Source: Spirochaetota bacterium (GTDB taxonomy: Bacteria > Spirochaetota > JAAYUW01 > JAOAHJ01). Taken from it: a stretch of 64,000 nucleotides of DNA. Below, in pieces: positions 52,125-61,443 of this stretch; the first letter of the stretch is position 1; each line of letters begins with the position of its first letter. The notes below the pieces were generated by a model. That model made no database searches. It saw only the letters and a list, made by a program, of their open reading frames with translations, and had not been told where the DNA came from. The DNA lies in the NCBI GenBank assembly GCA_026415295.1, contig JAOAHJ010000002.1:7509-71508 (forward strand). The letters are read 5' to 3'. The position numbers and the translations under genes were made by a program.

Positions 52125-52973
52125 ATGATAAGGCAAAATTATCATACGCACTGTAATCTATGTGACGGAAATAATTCAATAATAGAACTAGTTGAAGAAG
52201 CTATAAAATTTAATATAGAAATATTGGGGTTCTCTTCTCATGCTCCACTACCATTTTTTCAGGACTGGGTTCTTACAAATGAAAAGTTAATTATATATTT
52301 TAATGAAATAGAAAAAGCAATTAAAGATTATCAGGATAAAATAACTATAAAAAAATCGTTAGAAGTAGATTTTATACCGGGAATTTCTTCACCTCAAATT
52401 TTTAAAGAAATATATAACCTAGATTATGTCATTGGTTCAGTTCATTTTCTTCCTTCAGATGAAGATAATTATTTAACTGTTGATGGAGAAGACAACGATT
52501 TTAAATTAATATTAAAAACTGGGTTCAATAATAACATAAAAAAAATGGTTGAATACTACTACTTTCTAATAGAACAGATGTGTATTCAAAATAAAATTGA
52601 TATTATTGGTCACTTTGATTTGATAAAAAAAAATAATAAAAATAGTGCTTTCTTTGATGAAAATGAAAATTGGTACCTACAAATTGTCGAAAATACATTA
52701 AAAAATATAAAAATAAAAAGCTCAAATATTCCTATTTTTGAAATAAATACAGGTGGCATAGCAAGAGGATATATAAAAGAGCCTTATCCATCATTGAAAA
52801 TAATTAGTTTACTAAAAAAATATAATTTTGACATTACTGTCAATTCTGATTGTCATAATAAAGAAAATTTATTATTTTATTATGATGAGATATATAATAT
52901 TTTAAAAGATATTGGCTTTATGCAAATAATGAAATTAAATGAATACAATAAATGGATAGGAGTTAAAATATAA
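52125..52973 (+). CDS. PHP-family histidinol-phosphatase (HisJ type)
   Basis: NYHTH, GFSSHAP, DYVIGSVH, IIGHFDL, EINTG and NSDCH. Confidence 0.88.
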   Translation: MIRQNYHTHCNLCDGNNSIIELVEEAIKFNIEILGFSSHAPLPFFQDWVLTNEKLIIYFNEIEKAIKDYQDKITIKKSLEVDFIPGISSPQIFKEIYNLDYVIGSVHFLPSDEDNYLTVDGEDNDFKLILKTGFNNNIKKMVEYYYFLIEQMCIQNKIDIIGHFDLIKKNNKNSAFFDENENWYLQIVENTLKNIKIKSSNIPIFEINTGGIARGYIKEPYPSLKIISLLKKYNFDITVNSDCHNKENLLFYYDEIYNILKDIGFMQIMKLNEYNKWIGVKI

Positions 52974-52976
52974 GGC

Positions 52977-54248
52977 ATGGAATCAATTAAAAAAATATTT
53001 AAAATAGGTCCTGGTCCTTCTTCAAGTCATACTATTGGACCATCTATTGCATTAAAAAAATTCCTTAATAAAAACTTTGAAATTATTAAAAATGATAAAA
53101 GAAAAATAGACAAAATAATAATCTCTTTATATCATTCACTTGCTTTAACTGGGAAAGGTCATTTTACTGATAAAGTATTGGAAGAAATTATAAAAAAATG
53201 TGTTAATAGTGAAACAAATAATAAATTTACTAAAAATTTTAATTTACAAATAGATTGGAAATACGATGAAAGATTACCTTATCATCCAAATGGTCTAAAA
53301 ATAAAAAGTATTGATCAAAATGGGAATATTATCTTACAAAACATATTTTATAGCATTGGTGGAGGAGATATTGTAGAAGAAATAGATGGCAAGATAATAA
53401 AAGAAGATAGCAAAGAAATTTATTATTACAAAAAAATGGAAGATATATTAAACTATTTAAAAAAAAGTGGTAAAACCTTTTGGGAATACGTAGAAGAAAT
53501 TGAAGGTAAAGAAATATGGGATTTTTTGGAAGAAATATGGGCTAATATGATAAAAAGTATAAAAAATGGGTTAAAAAGTGAAGGCGTATTACCAGGTGAT
53601 CCTTGCCTTCCAAGGAAAGCCTCCATCTATTATACAAAATCTCTTGGTTATAAAGGTACACTGAAAAAAAGAACTCAAATTTTTTCATTTGCTTTAGCAG
53701 TTGCAGAAGAAAATGCCTCTGGAAACATTGTTGTAACAGCTCCTACATGTGGCTCAGCTGGTGTACTTCCAGCAGTTTTATATCACATTATGACAGAGTA
53801 CAATATTGATAATAAAAAGATATTAAAAGCTCTGGCGACTGCAGGCTTGATTGGAAATCTTGTAAAAAATAATGGCTCAATTTCTGGTGCTGAGGTTGGC
53901 TGCCAAGGAGAAATTGGAACAGCTTGTTCTATGGCTTCTGCTGCAGCTACTCAAATATTTGGGGGAACACCTTCTCAAATTGAATATGCGGCAGAAATGG
54001 GGCTTGAACACCATCTAGGACTTACATGTGATCCTGTTGGAGGTTATGTTCAAATTCCATGCATTGAAAGAAATGCTTTTGCTGCAACAAGAGCATTGGA
54101 TATATCAATTTTCTCTATTTTATCAGATGGCTCACACAGAATATCATTTGATAAAATAGTAGAAGTTATGAAAAAAACTGGACACGACCTACCTCATATC
54201 TATAAAGAAACATCCCTTGGAGGACTTGCAAGTATAGAGTTAGAATAA
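52977..54248 (+). CDS. sdaA: L-serine ammonia-lyase, Fe-S dependent, single chain
   Basis: GPGPSSSHT, SLALTGKGH, TAPTCGS, GAEVGCQGE, LGLTCDPV..VQIPCIERN and KETSLGGLA. Confidence 0.95.
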   Translation: MESIKKIFKIGPGPSSSHTIGPSIALKKFLNKNFEIIKNDKRKIDKIIISLYHSLALTGKGHFTDKVLEEIIKKCVNSETNNKFTKNFNLQIDWKYDERLPYHPNGLKIKSIDQNGNIILQNIFYSIGGGDIVEEIDGKIIKEDSKEIYYYKKMEDILNYLKKSGKTFWEYVEEIEGKEIWDFLEEIWANMIKSIKNGLKSEGVLPGDPCLPRKASIYYTKSLGYKGTLKKRTQIFSFALAVAEENASGNIVVTAPTCGSAGVLPAVLYHIMTEYNIDNKKILKALATAGLIGNLVKNNGSISGAEVGCQGEIGTACSMASAAATQIFGGTPSQIEYAAEMGLEHHLGLTCDPVGGYVQIPCIERNAFAATRALDISIFSILSDGSHRISFDKIVEVMKKTGHDLPHIYKETSLGGLASIELE

Positions 54249-54267
54249 GAAATTAGAATAAATAAAA

Positions 54268-55914
54268 TTAATACTTATAACCTCTTTTAAAAAGTTCAAA
54301 TTTTATTTTAGCACTTTTTTCTTCTATGTTTGAAAGTCTTAAAAAATAAATATTTGCTTTATCTTTCTGATTATTTCTTTCATAAATTAATGCAATAGTT
54401 AAAAGAATCTCTGCTTCCATTTTTTTGTCACCCTTTTTATTAAAAAGCTCTACAAGAAAATTAAAATCAGAAATTGCAACTTCAAGTTTATTAAAAATTT
54501 GATTAGGAACAGAGCAAGAGACATTAGCCCTATTAAAATAGACATTTATAGCTTTTTCTATATTCTCATCATTAAATCCCTCTTTTTGTAATTTTTCATT
54601 TATTATTTCAACTGCTCTGTCTAAATATTTATAAGCCTCTAAAACATAGTTAATGGCTTGCATAGGATTTTTAGTTTTACCTCCTTCCATAGCTATCAGA
54701 GAACCTTTATATGCCAAAGCAACTGGTTCTTCAGGATTTAAAATTAAAACTTTTTCAATTATATCTTTCGATTTATCATATTCACCAAGACCAAAGTAAC
54801 CTATAATTTTATCTATATCGCTATTAGATTTTAGCTTCTCTTTAAATTCAGAAGTTATTTTCTCACTCTCTTTTTTCTCTTCCATCTCTTTTTCTTTTTC
54901 AAGTTTTTTAATGGTAGTTTCTAAATCTCTATTATAAAAAGATAATTGTTTTTTCAAAACTTTTCTTTCATTTAAATAGTCAATATTTTTATTAAATCCT
55001 TTAATTTCTATAGGTTTTAAAACTACTTTTTCTTCTTCGTTCTTATATTTACCACCTAAAATATCTGCTTGAGAAAAATTTTCAGGAACAAATATATCAT
55101 AAACTCTTGGACCATTTTCCCATTTTAAACCACCCCCATATCTATTAGATGCTTCTTCTTTTATGTTTAACCAATCATTATTAAAACCATTATCACTTAA
55201 ACCAGATACTATGTAATGAAATGTTTTTCTTCCATCAAGGACTAATTGTAAAAAAGGTGTATTTAATGGAATCTGAATAATTATTTTATTTTTCTCATTA
55301 ACAATATAACATGGTATAAAGACAAAATTTTCCTCATTATAAATGCACATTTTTGCTTTATCTTTTATCTTCCCATCAATCAAAATGAAAATATCCCAGG
55401 GATGCTCTTGATCAAAAGAGATATATTCACCACCATTATAAATTGTTTTAGTAGAACCAGTTTTAGTACCATTAATATCTATATATATACCAATATTTAT
55501 CCCAGATAGTTTACTTTCATAGTTAAAAATGTTTGGAATCTTAAACATAGTAATAGATATTTGCCAAAATGCATAAGGTTCATTTAAAGAATTATCAATC
55601 AAAGGTCTATAAACTTCATAAGATACTAGATCACAAATATTTTTATAGTTATAATTTTCATTTAACGGGTAAGTATATGTTCCATCTCCATTATCATCAG
55701 AAACCTGATCGTTTATCCTTTCAATTATAATACCTCCAGATAAAGCTGGGTCAACATCTATTTTAATTAATTTTTCCAATACCGGTTCAATTAAATTTGA
55801 ACTAAATATAAACCAAAGTGGAATAGATAAGATCAACATAATTTTATAATTTTCTAAAATTAATAATTTTAATTTTTTTATAAAATTTTTAATATTTATT
55901 TTTAACATAATCAA
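54268..55914 (-). CDS. Membrane-anchored glucodextranase-type DOMON-like domain + coiled coil + TPR-like protein
   Basis: DQVSDDNGDGTYTYP, IGIYID, FDQEHPWD and YGGG...PRVYDI; C-terminal PVALAYKGS...YLDRAV...RAN. Confidence 0.7.
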   Translation of the reverse strand: MIMLKINIKNFIKKLKLLILENYKIMLILSIPLWFIFSSNLIEPVLEKLIKIDVDPALSGGIIIERINDQVSDDNGDGTYTYPLNENYNYKNICDLVSYEVYRPLIDNSLNEPYAFWQISITMFKIPNIFNYESKLSGINIGIYIDINGTKTGSTKTIYNGGEYISFDQEHPWDIFILIDGKIKDKAKMCIYNEENFVFIPCYIVNEKNKIIIQIPLNTPFLQLVLDGRKTFHYIVSGLSDNGFNNDWLNIKEEASNRYGGGLKWENGPRVYDIFVPENFSQADILGGKYKNEEEKVVLKPIEIKGFNKNIDYLNERKVLKKQLSFYNRDLETTIKKLEKEKEMEEKKESEKITSEFKEKLKSNSDIDKIIGYFGLGEYDKSKDIIEKVLILNPEEPVALAYKGSLIAMEGGKTKNPMQAINYVLEAYKYLDRAVEIINEKLQKEGFNDENIEKAINVYFNRANVSCSVPNQIFNKLEVAISDFNFLVELFNKKGDKKMEAEILLTIALIYERNNQKDKANIYFLRLSNIEEKSAKIKFELFKRGYKY

Positions 55915-55927
55915 TAGCTCCTAAAAA

Positions 55928-57232
55928 CTATTTTAATAAAAATGAACCTTTTAATAATAGATTTATTAATCTATAAATAGTACCTTGGGCAAATCCCCCA
56001 AGAATTATACTTCCTATTAAAAACCCTGAAAAAATCATTAAAGTATGAGCAGAAAATATTTGTAAAAATGTATTTTTCAAATAAACATTAATTTTGCTTA
56101 TTTTTTTATCTATTTTTTTTAAGGTTCCTTCTGAATAATTATTATCTCTAGTATTTTTTGAATTTATTTTTTTTTCAAAATCATTATGATAAAAACTAAC
56201 ATACTCCAAAGCTCTAACTTGACATTTATCGATACATTCCCCACACTTTAAACAAGTTGTTAAAATAGGGTTTTTTTCATATTTAATTTTTTGTTCGTCA
56301 ATTGCCATTACAGGGCAGACATTAGCACATCTAAGACATTTAACACATTTATCAAAATTAACTCTTACTCTAAATAAAGATAGTTTATCTAAAAGAGATG
56401 CTAATGCCCCATACGGACAAAAACTCATACAATGGGTTCTTTTCTTAGTTAAAATAGGGAAAATAATAACAGTAGTAAAAAAAATAAGAACTGTAAAAAT
56501 AAACGAAAACATAGTGCTAAAATTAACAAGTTGTTCATATTCAGTTATTAGCTTCCAAGGACAAAACCAGGTACAATATGAAGGAGAAAATGATGCAAGA
56601 GAAGTTAAAATAATTGCTAATAAAAAAGCAAAATTTAAATAACGAATATTTTTAAATTTTTCCGGAATATTGATAAATTTTCTTTTAAATATTCTTGAAG
56701 AACACTCATCCCATCCACCATAAAAACATACCCAGGAGCAAAATCCTCTACCCACAGTTAAACAAGATAATATAAAAATAACAACCATAGCATAAAATGC
56801 TGCAAAATGTCCTGTTAATCTAGCTGGAAAAATAAGTATCTTTTCTAAAAAATAAGGTAATATGACCATCGGAATAACAATATGACAGAAAGGTGTCTCA
56901 TTTAAGAATATTTCTTTATAACTTAAAAACATAGTACCTCTCTCTTCAATAAGCATAGCTATAAAAGTTGGGAAGAAAGTAGCAGCACTGAAAATAAACA
57001 AAATTCTCCTATATTTTGAAATTTCGCCAGTTTGAATAATCTTAAAAAAAAGATAGAATAAAAAAAGTATTACTAAAATCCCAGATAATTTTGAAATATT
57101 ATCATTTGCATTAAAAAGATTAAAGAAAAACAGAAGGATTAGCATGAGTAAAAAAATAATAATTTTTGCTAATAGATTATAACTGGGAACTTCCCTATTT
57201 ATTTTTATATTTTCTTTCTTTATTTCTTTCAT
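55928..57232 (-). CDS. Membrane polyferredoxin (NapH/MauN/RdxB-like 4Fe-4S binding protein)
   Basis: Multiple TM helices; GRGFCSWVCFYG, YCTWFCPW, HCMSFCPYG, CVKCLRCANVCP and CLKCGECIDKC. Confidence 0.88.
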   Translation of the reverse strand: MKEIKKENIKINREVPSYNLLAKIIIFLLMLILLFFFNLFNANDNISKLSGILVILFLFYLFFKIIQTGEISKYRRILFIFSAATFFPTFIAMLIEERGTMFLSYKEIFLNETPFCHIVIPMVILPYFLEKILIFPARLTGHFAAFYAMVVIFILSCLTVGRGFCSWVCFYGGWDECSSRIFKRKFINIPEKFKNIRYLNFAFLLAIILTSLASFSPSYCTWFCPWKLITEYEQLVNFSTMFSFIFTVLIFFTTVIIFPILTKKRTHCMSFCPYGALASLLDKLSLFRVRVNFDKCVKCLRCANVCPVMAIDEQKIKYEKNPILTTCLKCGECIDKCQVRALEYVSFYHNDFEKKINSKNTRDNNYSEGTLKKIDKKISKINVYLKNTFLQIFSAHTLMIFSGFLIGSIILGGFAQGTIYRLINLLLKGSFLLK

Positions 57233-57308
57233 GATTTCATCCTCAATAAACTTTTATTGTTTTTTCTAAAAATAAAATAAAATTTAATTAAATCTTCCAA
57301 TACTATAA

Positions 57309-58064
57309 TTATTTAAACCTGACACTAATTAAATAAAATAATCCCTCAAATAGAAAAAAATAAACCCCAATAATGAACATAGCTACTCTTGAAATAAATT
57401 GTAAATTATTTTTTACCTCTTCTTTCTTTTCTTTCCATAAATTATTTAATAAACCAGTTAATAATAAAGGTAAAAGAAATATTGTTGTTCCCAAAAAGAA
57501 AGAAAAAAAGTAAAGTATTCCAGAAAAAATTGACTGTGTAACACTATTGCTAGAAAATGTAAAAACCCTTGTTATTGCAAAGATAAAAGGTGAACAAATA
57601 TTTAAACCTGCAAGAAATCCTAATATAAATGAATATAATCTTTCATTGTTAAGATTAATATTTTTTCTTAAAAAGATGATAGGAAATTTTAAAAAACATC
57701 TATTATTTTTTAACCTATCCTTTTTATTATCATCTTCAAATTTAATTAAATCCTCTTTCAAAAATAAAAACTTAATGCTATTTGTTATAAAAAGTAAACC
57801 TATCAAAACCCAAGATAATCTTTTTAATAAAATCTGAACTTTTGGATCAACATAACCAAGTAAATAGTAACCTGAAATCCCTACTATGCCACCAACTGAT
57901 AAATAAGAAATTAATCTTCCAAAAATAAATAAAATCCATTTAATACTACTATCCTTTAGACCTTTTATTTGAGATAATAAAAATGGTAATAACACTGGAT
58001 AACAGCTCATTATGCAAGAAGTTCCTGTTGATAATCCTACTAAAAATCCTTCTATATAAAACAT
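57309..58064 (-). CDS. DsbD_2 / UreH-like transmembrane protein
   Basis: GLSTGTSCIMSCYP, GRLISY, GFLAGLNICSP and FFLGT. Confidence 0.8.
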   Translation of the reverse strand: MFYIEGFLVGLSTGTSCIMSCYPVLLPFLLSQIKGLKDSSIKWILFIFGRLISYLSVGGIVGISGYYLLGYVDPKVQILLKRLSWVLIGLLFITNSIKFLFLKEDLIKFEDDNKKDRLKNNRCFLKFPIIFLRKNINLNNERLYSFILGFLAGLNICSPFIFAITRVFTFSSNSVTQSIFSGILYFFSFFLGTTIFLLPLLLTGLLNNLWKEKKEEVKNNLQFISRVAMFIIGVYFFLFEGLFYLISVRFK

Positions 58065-58195
58065 TTTTTCTCCTTTTTAATTAATTTTTATTCTTTTAAA
58101 TATTATTTTTTAATAAATTTTTTTATTAATTTTTTATTCCTTAATTGTATATTTAAATATTTATTATCTTAAATTTTGAATACTTTTTTATCCTT

Positions 58196-58942
58196 TTAAT
58201 CTTCATATTTTTGTAAAATTTTCTTTGCAACTTTTGCATGTTTTGAGTCAGGAGCAACTGCAATACAATCTTTCAATGCTTTTATTCCTTCTTTTAATTT
58301 CTTTTGAAATATTCTAAGTCTACCAAGAATCAGATAGTATTGAGCTTTAGATGTATTTGAAATAGATGAAAACTTTGAATAAATATAATTTAGATCTTCT
58401 TCAATAACTTTTTCTCTTGAAAATGGAGTAGATTCAGTAATAGAAATCCCATTTTCTGCTCTTAAAAATCTTAAAATTAAGTTATCTTTATCATTTTTAA
58501 CAGATTCATCAAGCAGTTTAAAACCTTCACTTAGCTTCATAGATGCACCTATTAAATTATTTTTCATTGCAAGTGCATTACCTACAAGTGTCACAGAACT
58601 TCCTAAGTATCCCATTGCTAAATATTTATATTTAGTTCCTTTATATTTAGATAATGTAGATACAGCTAATTCTGAATATTTTGGGGAATTATTAATAGCT
58701 AAGTTATGATATGCAATACCTGTATATAAAATTGAATTTTCATCAACTAAATCCTTATATTTATCAATAATTGCAAGTAATTCTTTTTCATCTTCAGTTT
58801 CAATAATTTTACTTATAATATTTAATTCATCATTTGAATTATCAGCTGAAATATTTAAAGATAACAAAATCGAATTTACAAATAAAAGTAAAAAAACAGA
58901 TATAAAAAAAATAAAATAATTTTGAAAAAAATTTTTTCTCAT
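58196..58942 (-). CDS. Exported TPR-like helical protein
   Basis: Signal peptide; GIAYHNLA, AMGYLGS...GFKLLDESV..D.NL..RFLRA; C-terminal TPR; AAGGAG Shine-Dalgarno. Confidence 0.75.
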   Translation of the reverse strand: MRKNFFQNYFIFFISVFLLLFVNSILLSLNISADNSNDELNIISKIIETEDEKELLAIIDKYKDLVDENSILYTGIAYHNLAINNSPKYSELAVSTLSKYKGTKYKYLAMGYLGSSVTLVGNALAMKNNLIGASMKLSEGFKLLDESVKNDKDNLILRFLRAENGISITESTPFSREKVIEEDLNYIYSKFSSISNTSKAQYYLILGRLRIFQKKLKEGIKALKDCIAVAPDSKHAKVAKKILQKYED

Positions 58943-59016
58943 TTTTCAACTCCTTAAAAAATTATTTTAATCATAAAAGTTATCAAAACAATAGATTAAA
59001 TTTAAGCTTTAATAAA

Positions 59017-59059
59017 TAGGGAAAAAGTATTATTTTTTAAAAATCATACTTAAGGTTGA
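59017..59059 (-). promoter_or_regulatory. Tandem 16-bp NarL/LiaR-like operator boxes upstream of the 4-gene operon
   Basis: Minus strand TCAACCTTAAGTATGA-N11-TAATACTTTTTCCCTA. The region 59025-59051 is an inverted repeat with 12/13 matching arms. Confidence 0.6.
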
Positions 59060-60093
59060 GACAAAATTTTATTAATTAAATCAACTTTATGTTTAGAATC
59101 TGTTTTTTTATAGATATTAGTAATATGAGTTTTTACAGTTGCTATTGATATAGAAAGTTCATTTGAAATCTCTTTATAGCTTTTACCTTTAATTAAAAGA
59201 ATTAATATCTCTTTTTCCCTTTCAGTAAGATTAAAACTTTTTAATTTTGATAAAAGCTTTTCATTTTTATTATTTAGCTCATCAATTTTCATAGAATAAT
59301 TATTCAAAGAGTATTTATTAAATGGTTTGTTAAAACTAGATATTTTGTTTAACTTAATTATTTCTAAAATATATATTATTGACCACAATACAAAAAATAT
59401 GGGAAAAAATCTAATACCAATCTTAGAAATAAAATTAAATGGAAAAATATTAAATCCTGAAAAAAGATCAAAAAAGAATAAAGGCAAAAATATCAAAGAA
59501 AGCTTTGCAATTTTTTTAATATATATTTCCCAAAAATTAAGACCTGTAAAATTATTTTTAGAAGAAATATTGTTTTCTGTTAAATTATTACTTTCATTCT
59601 TGTGTTTATATTTTAAAAATCTTATTCTAAATATAAGTAAACCTCTTAAACAAGTAAAGGCAATTATAAAAAAATAAATAAAGTATACAGAAATAAAAAT
59701 TAAAGAATTAAACTTATCTATTATATAAAAAAATATTATTAATAAAAATAACAACAAAGAAATAAATAAGATAAATTTTAAAAAATTTTTAAATTTACTT
59801 TTATCTTCTGAAAGAATTAAAGCAAAATTTGGTATAGCAAAGATACCAAGACATACCCCAGCCATAGAAAAAATATTAAAAATTGTTTCTAAAATTTTGT
59901 TTTCAATATTCAATAAAGAATAAATAGTAGAACCAAACATTAATAAAAAAAATGAAAATATCATTAGAAAATGGGCACTTTCAATATCTTTATTTTCAAT
60001 TGTAATCAAAGTTTTAAAAGCAGAAACTAAAACTGTTGTAAAAGTAATAGTATAACATAAAAACCAATAAATTATTTTAATAAAAGAAATCAT
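59050..60093 (-). CDS. Membrane-integral LuxR-family regulator (about 7 TM helices + C-terminal HTH)
   Basis: LTEREKEILILLIKGKSYKEISNELSISIATVKTHITNIYKK preceded by hydrophobic helices; no receiver domain. Confidence 0.92.
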   Translation of the reverse strand: MISFIKIIYWFLCYTITFTTVLVSAFKTLITIENKDIESAHFLMIFSFFLLMFGSTIYSLLNIENKILETIFNIFSMAGVCLGIFAIPNFALILSEDKSKFKNFLKFILFISLLLFLLIIFFYIIDKFNSLIFISVYFIYFFIIAFTCLRGLLIFRIRFLKYKHKNESNNLTENNISSKNNFTGLNFWEIYIKKIAKLSLIFLPLFFFDLFSGFNIFPFNFISKIGIRFFPIFFVLWSIIYILEIIKLNKISSFNKPFNKYSLNNYSMKIDELNNKNEKLLSKLKSFNLTEREKEILILLIKGKSYKEISNELSISIATVKTHITNIYKKTDSKHKVDLINKILSQP

Positions 60094-60096
60094 AAA

Positions 60097-61347
60097 TTAT
60101 TCTATCTCAAGTTTTACTGTATTTAATGCTTTTTTAACGCAATCAATAAGGTACTCTTTATCTTTATGAGCCCCAATTATACTTCCAGCTTTTGTTACAT
60201 TGTTATATGGAATAAATACTTTATCACCAATATTCCTATAAATTATAACATCTTTTATAGTAGGAATCATCTTAGCTTCATAAACACCTTTAATTTTTTT
60301 TAAGATTCCTTCTTTTTGGGGTAAAATACCCATTTCAAGAGACCATATATTCCATTTAGGACTTAAATCTGACGGTGGATTTCCTGTATGAACATCTATA
60401 ATATTTTTCATAAGATTAACACCTGTTGAATATGGGTAAGTATGGGTTGACATAAATCCACCTGATAATCTTGAAGCAAGCTCAGATACAAAACCTTTAG
60501 CTACTTTTTTACCATTTGGATCTATTATATATTTAGTAAAAATATCTCCTTTGGCAGCACCTATATCTATATCTACAGCTTTAATTCCATCTATAAAAGC
60601 TTTAACTCCAGCATCTATAAGCTCTTCATCTATATCTGCAGGCATAAGATGACCATGTTCAACAAAATATGGTGGTTCTTGAATATATCTTATAGCAACA
60701 CCTGTTATATTTACTTTTCTATCATAAATAATAGCATCAATAGATAATTCTAATGCATTACTAAATTCTTCAATCAATATTTTTCCATCTTTGCTTAAAT
60801 TAATAACCTCATCAAAAAGATCTTTTTTTGAAAGGACTTCATCATTTATAAAATAAACTCCTCTTGCACCCATTGAAGTTGATGGTTTAACAACTGCTCC
60901 ATTTGGAAAAAGCCTTTTATTTTTAATACCATCTATAATCTTATCAAATTCTTCTTTACTATTTGCTACTGTAAAATCTACCTGGTTTACCTTTTTTTCT
61001 TTTAGAAAATTTCTTAATTTAACTTTATTAGTAGTTATCAATGCTTTATCATAAGATATAGCATATAAATTTAACTTTTCAGCTATAGCTGAAACAGTCC
61101 TTGAAGCATCAGTCCCAACTGTTAAAACACCATAGATACTATATTTTTTAGAAAGATCATAAGCTAAATCTGAAGCTTTCTCCTCATCTAAAGTTGAACA
61201 AATAACTTTATTAACAAAGTTATAAGAAAAAGCAGGTGCTTTTTCATTATAATCAAAAACTATAGGTATAAAACCCATTTCATATGCTTGATTTATTACT
61301 GGAATTTGAAGAATCCCACCACCAATTATAATAATATACTTATCCAT
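60097..61347 (-). CDS. ATP-grasp domain protein (L-amino-acid ligase-like)
   Basis: IIGGGILQ, NKVKLR, VVKP..SMGARGV, LIEEF, ELSID and ELASRLSGG. Confidence 0.85.
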   Translation of the reverse strand: MDKYIIIIGGGILQIPVINQAYEMGFIPIVFDYNEKAPAFSYNFVNKVICSTLDEEKASDLAYDLSKKYSIYGVLTVGTDASRTVSAIAEKLNLYAISYDKALITTNKVKLRNFLKEKKVNQVDFTVANSKEEFDKIIDGIKNKRLFPNGAVVKPSTSMGARGVYFINDEVLSKKDLFDEVINLSKDGKILIEEFSNALELSIDAIIYDRKVNITGVAIRYIQEPPYFVEHGHLMPADIDEELIDAGVKAFIDGIKAVDIDIGAAKGDIFTKYIIDPNGKKVAKGFVSELASRLSGGFMSTHTYPYSTGVNLMKNIIDVHTGNPPSDLSPKWNIWSLEMGILPQKEGILKKIKGVYEAKMIPTIKDVIIYRNIGDKVFIPYNNVTKAGSIIGAHKDKEYLIDCVKKALNTVKLEIE

Positions 61348-61443
61348 ATTTTTATAAAATTATCCTTTTATTTTAATATTTGAAAAGTAAATTAATATTT
61401 TAAAAGTAAATTGAAAAATTATTATTAACAAATCTATTTTTAT

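Noticed and set aside
12545..59677. Short ORF-track entries antisense or out-of-frame to real genes (12545, 13502, 13730, 14696, 18331, 20079, 21010, 23139, 25024, 25579, 26223, 30441, 33132, 40035, 45852, 49228, 57547, 59327)
   Set aside because: They are nested in or opposite well-supported genes and have shadow-frame composition with no motifs.
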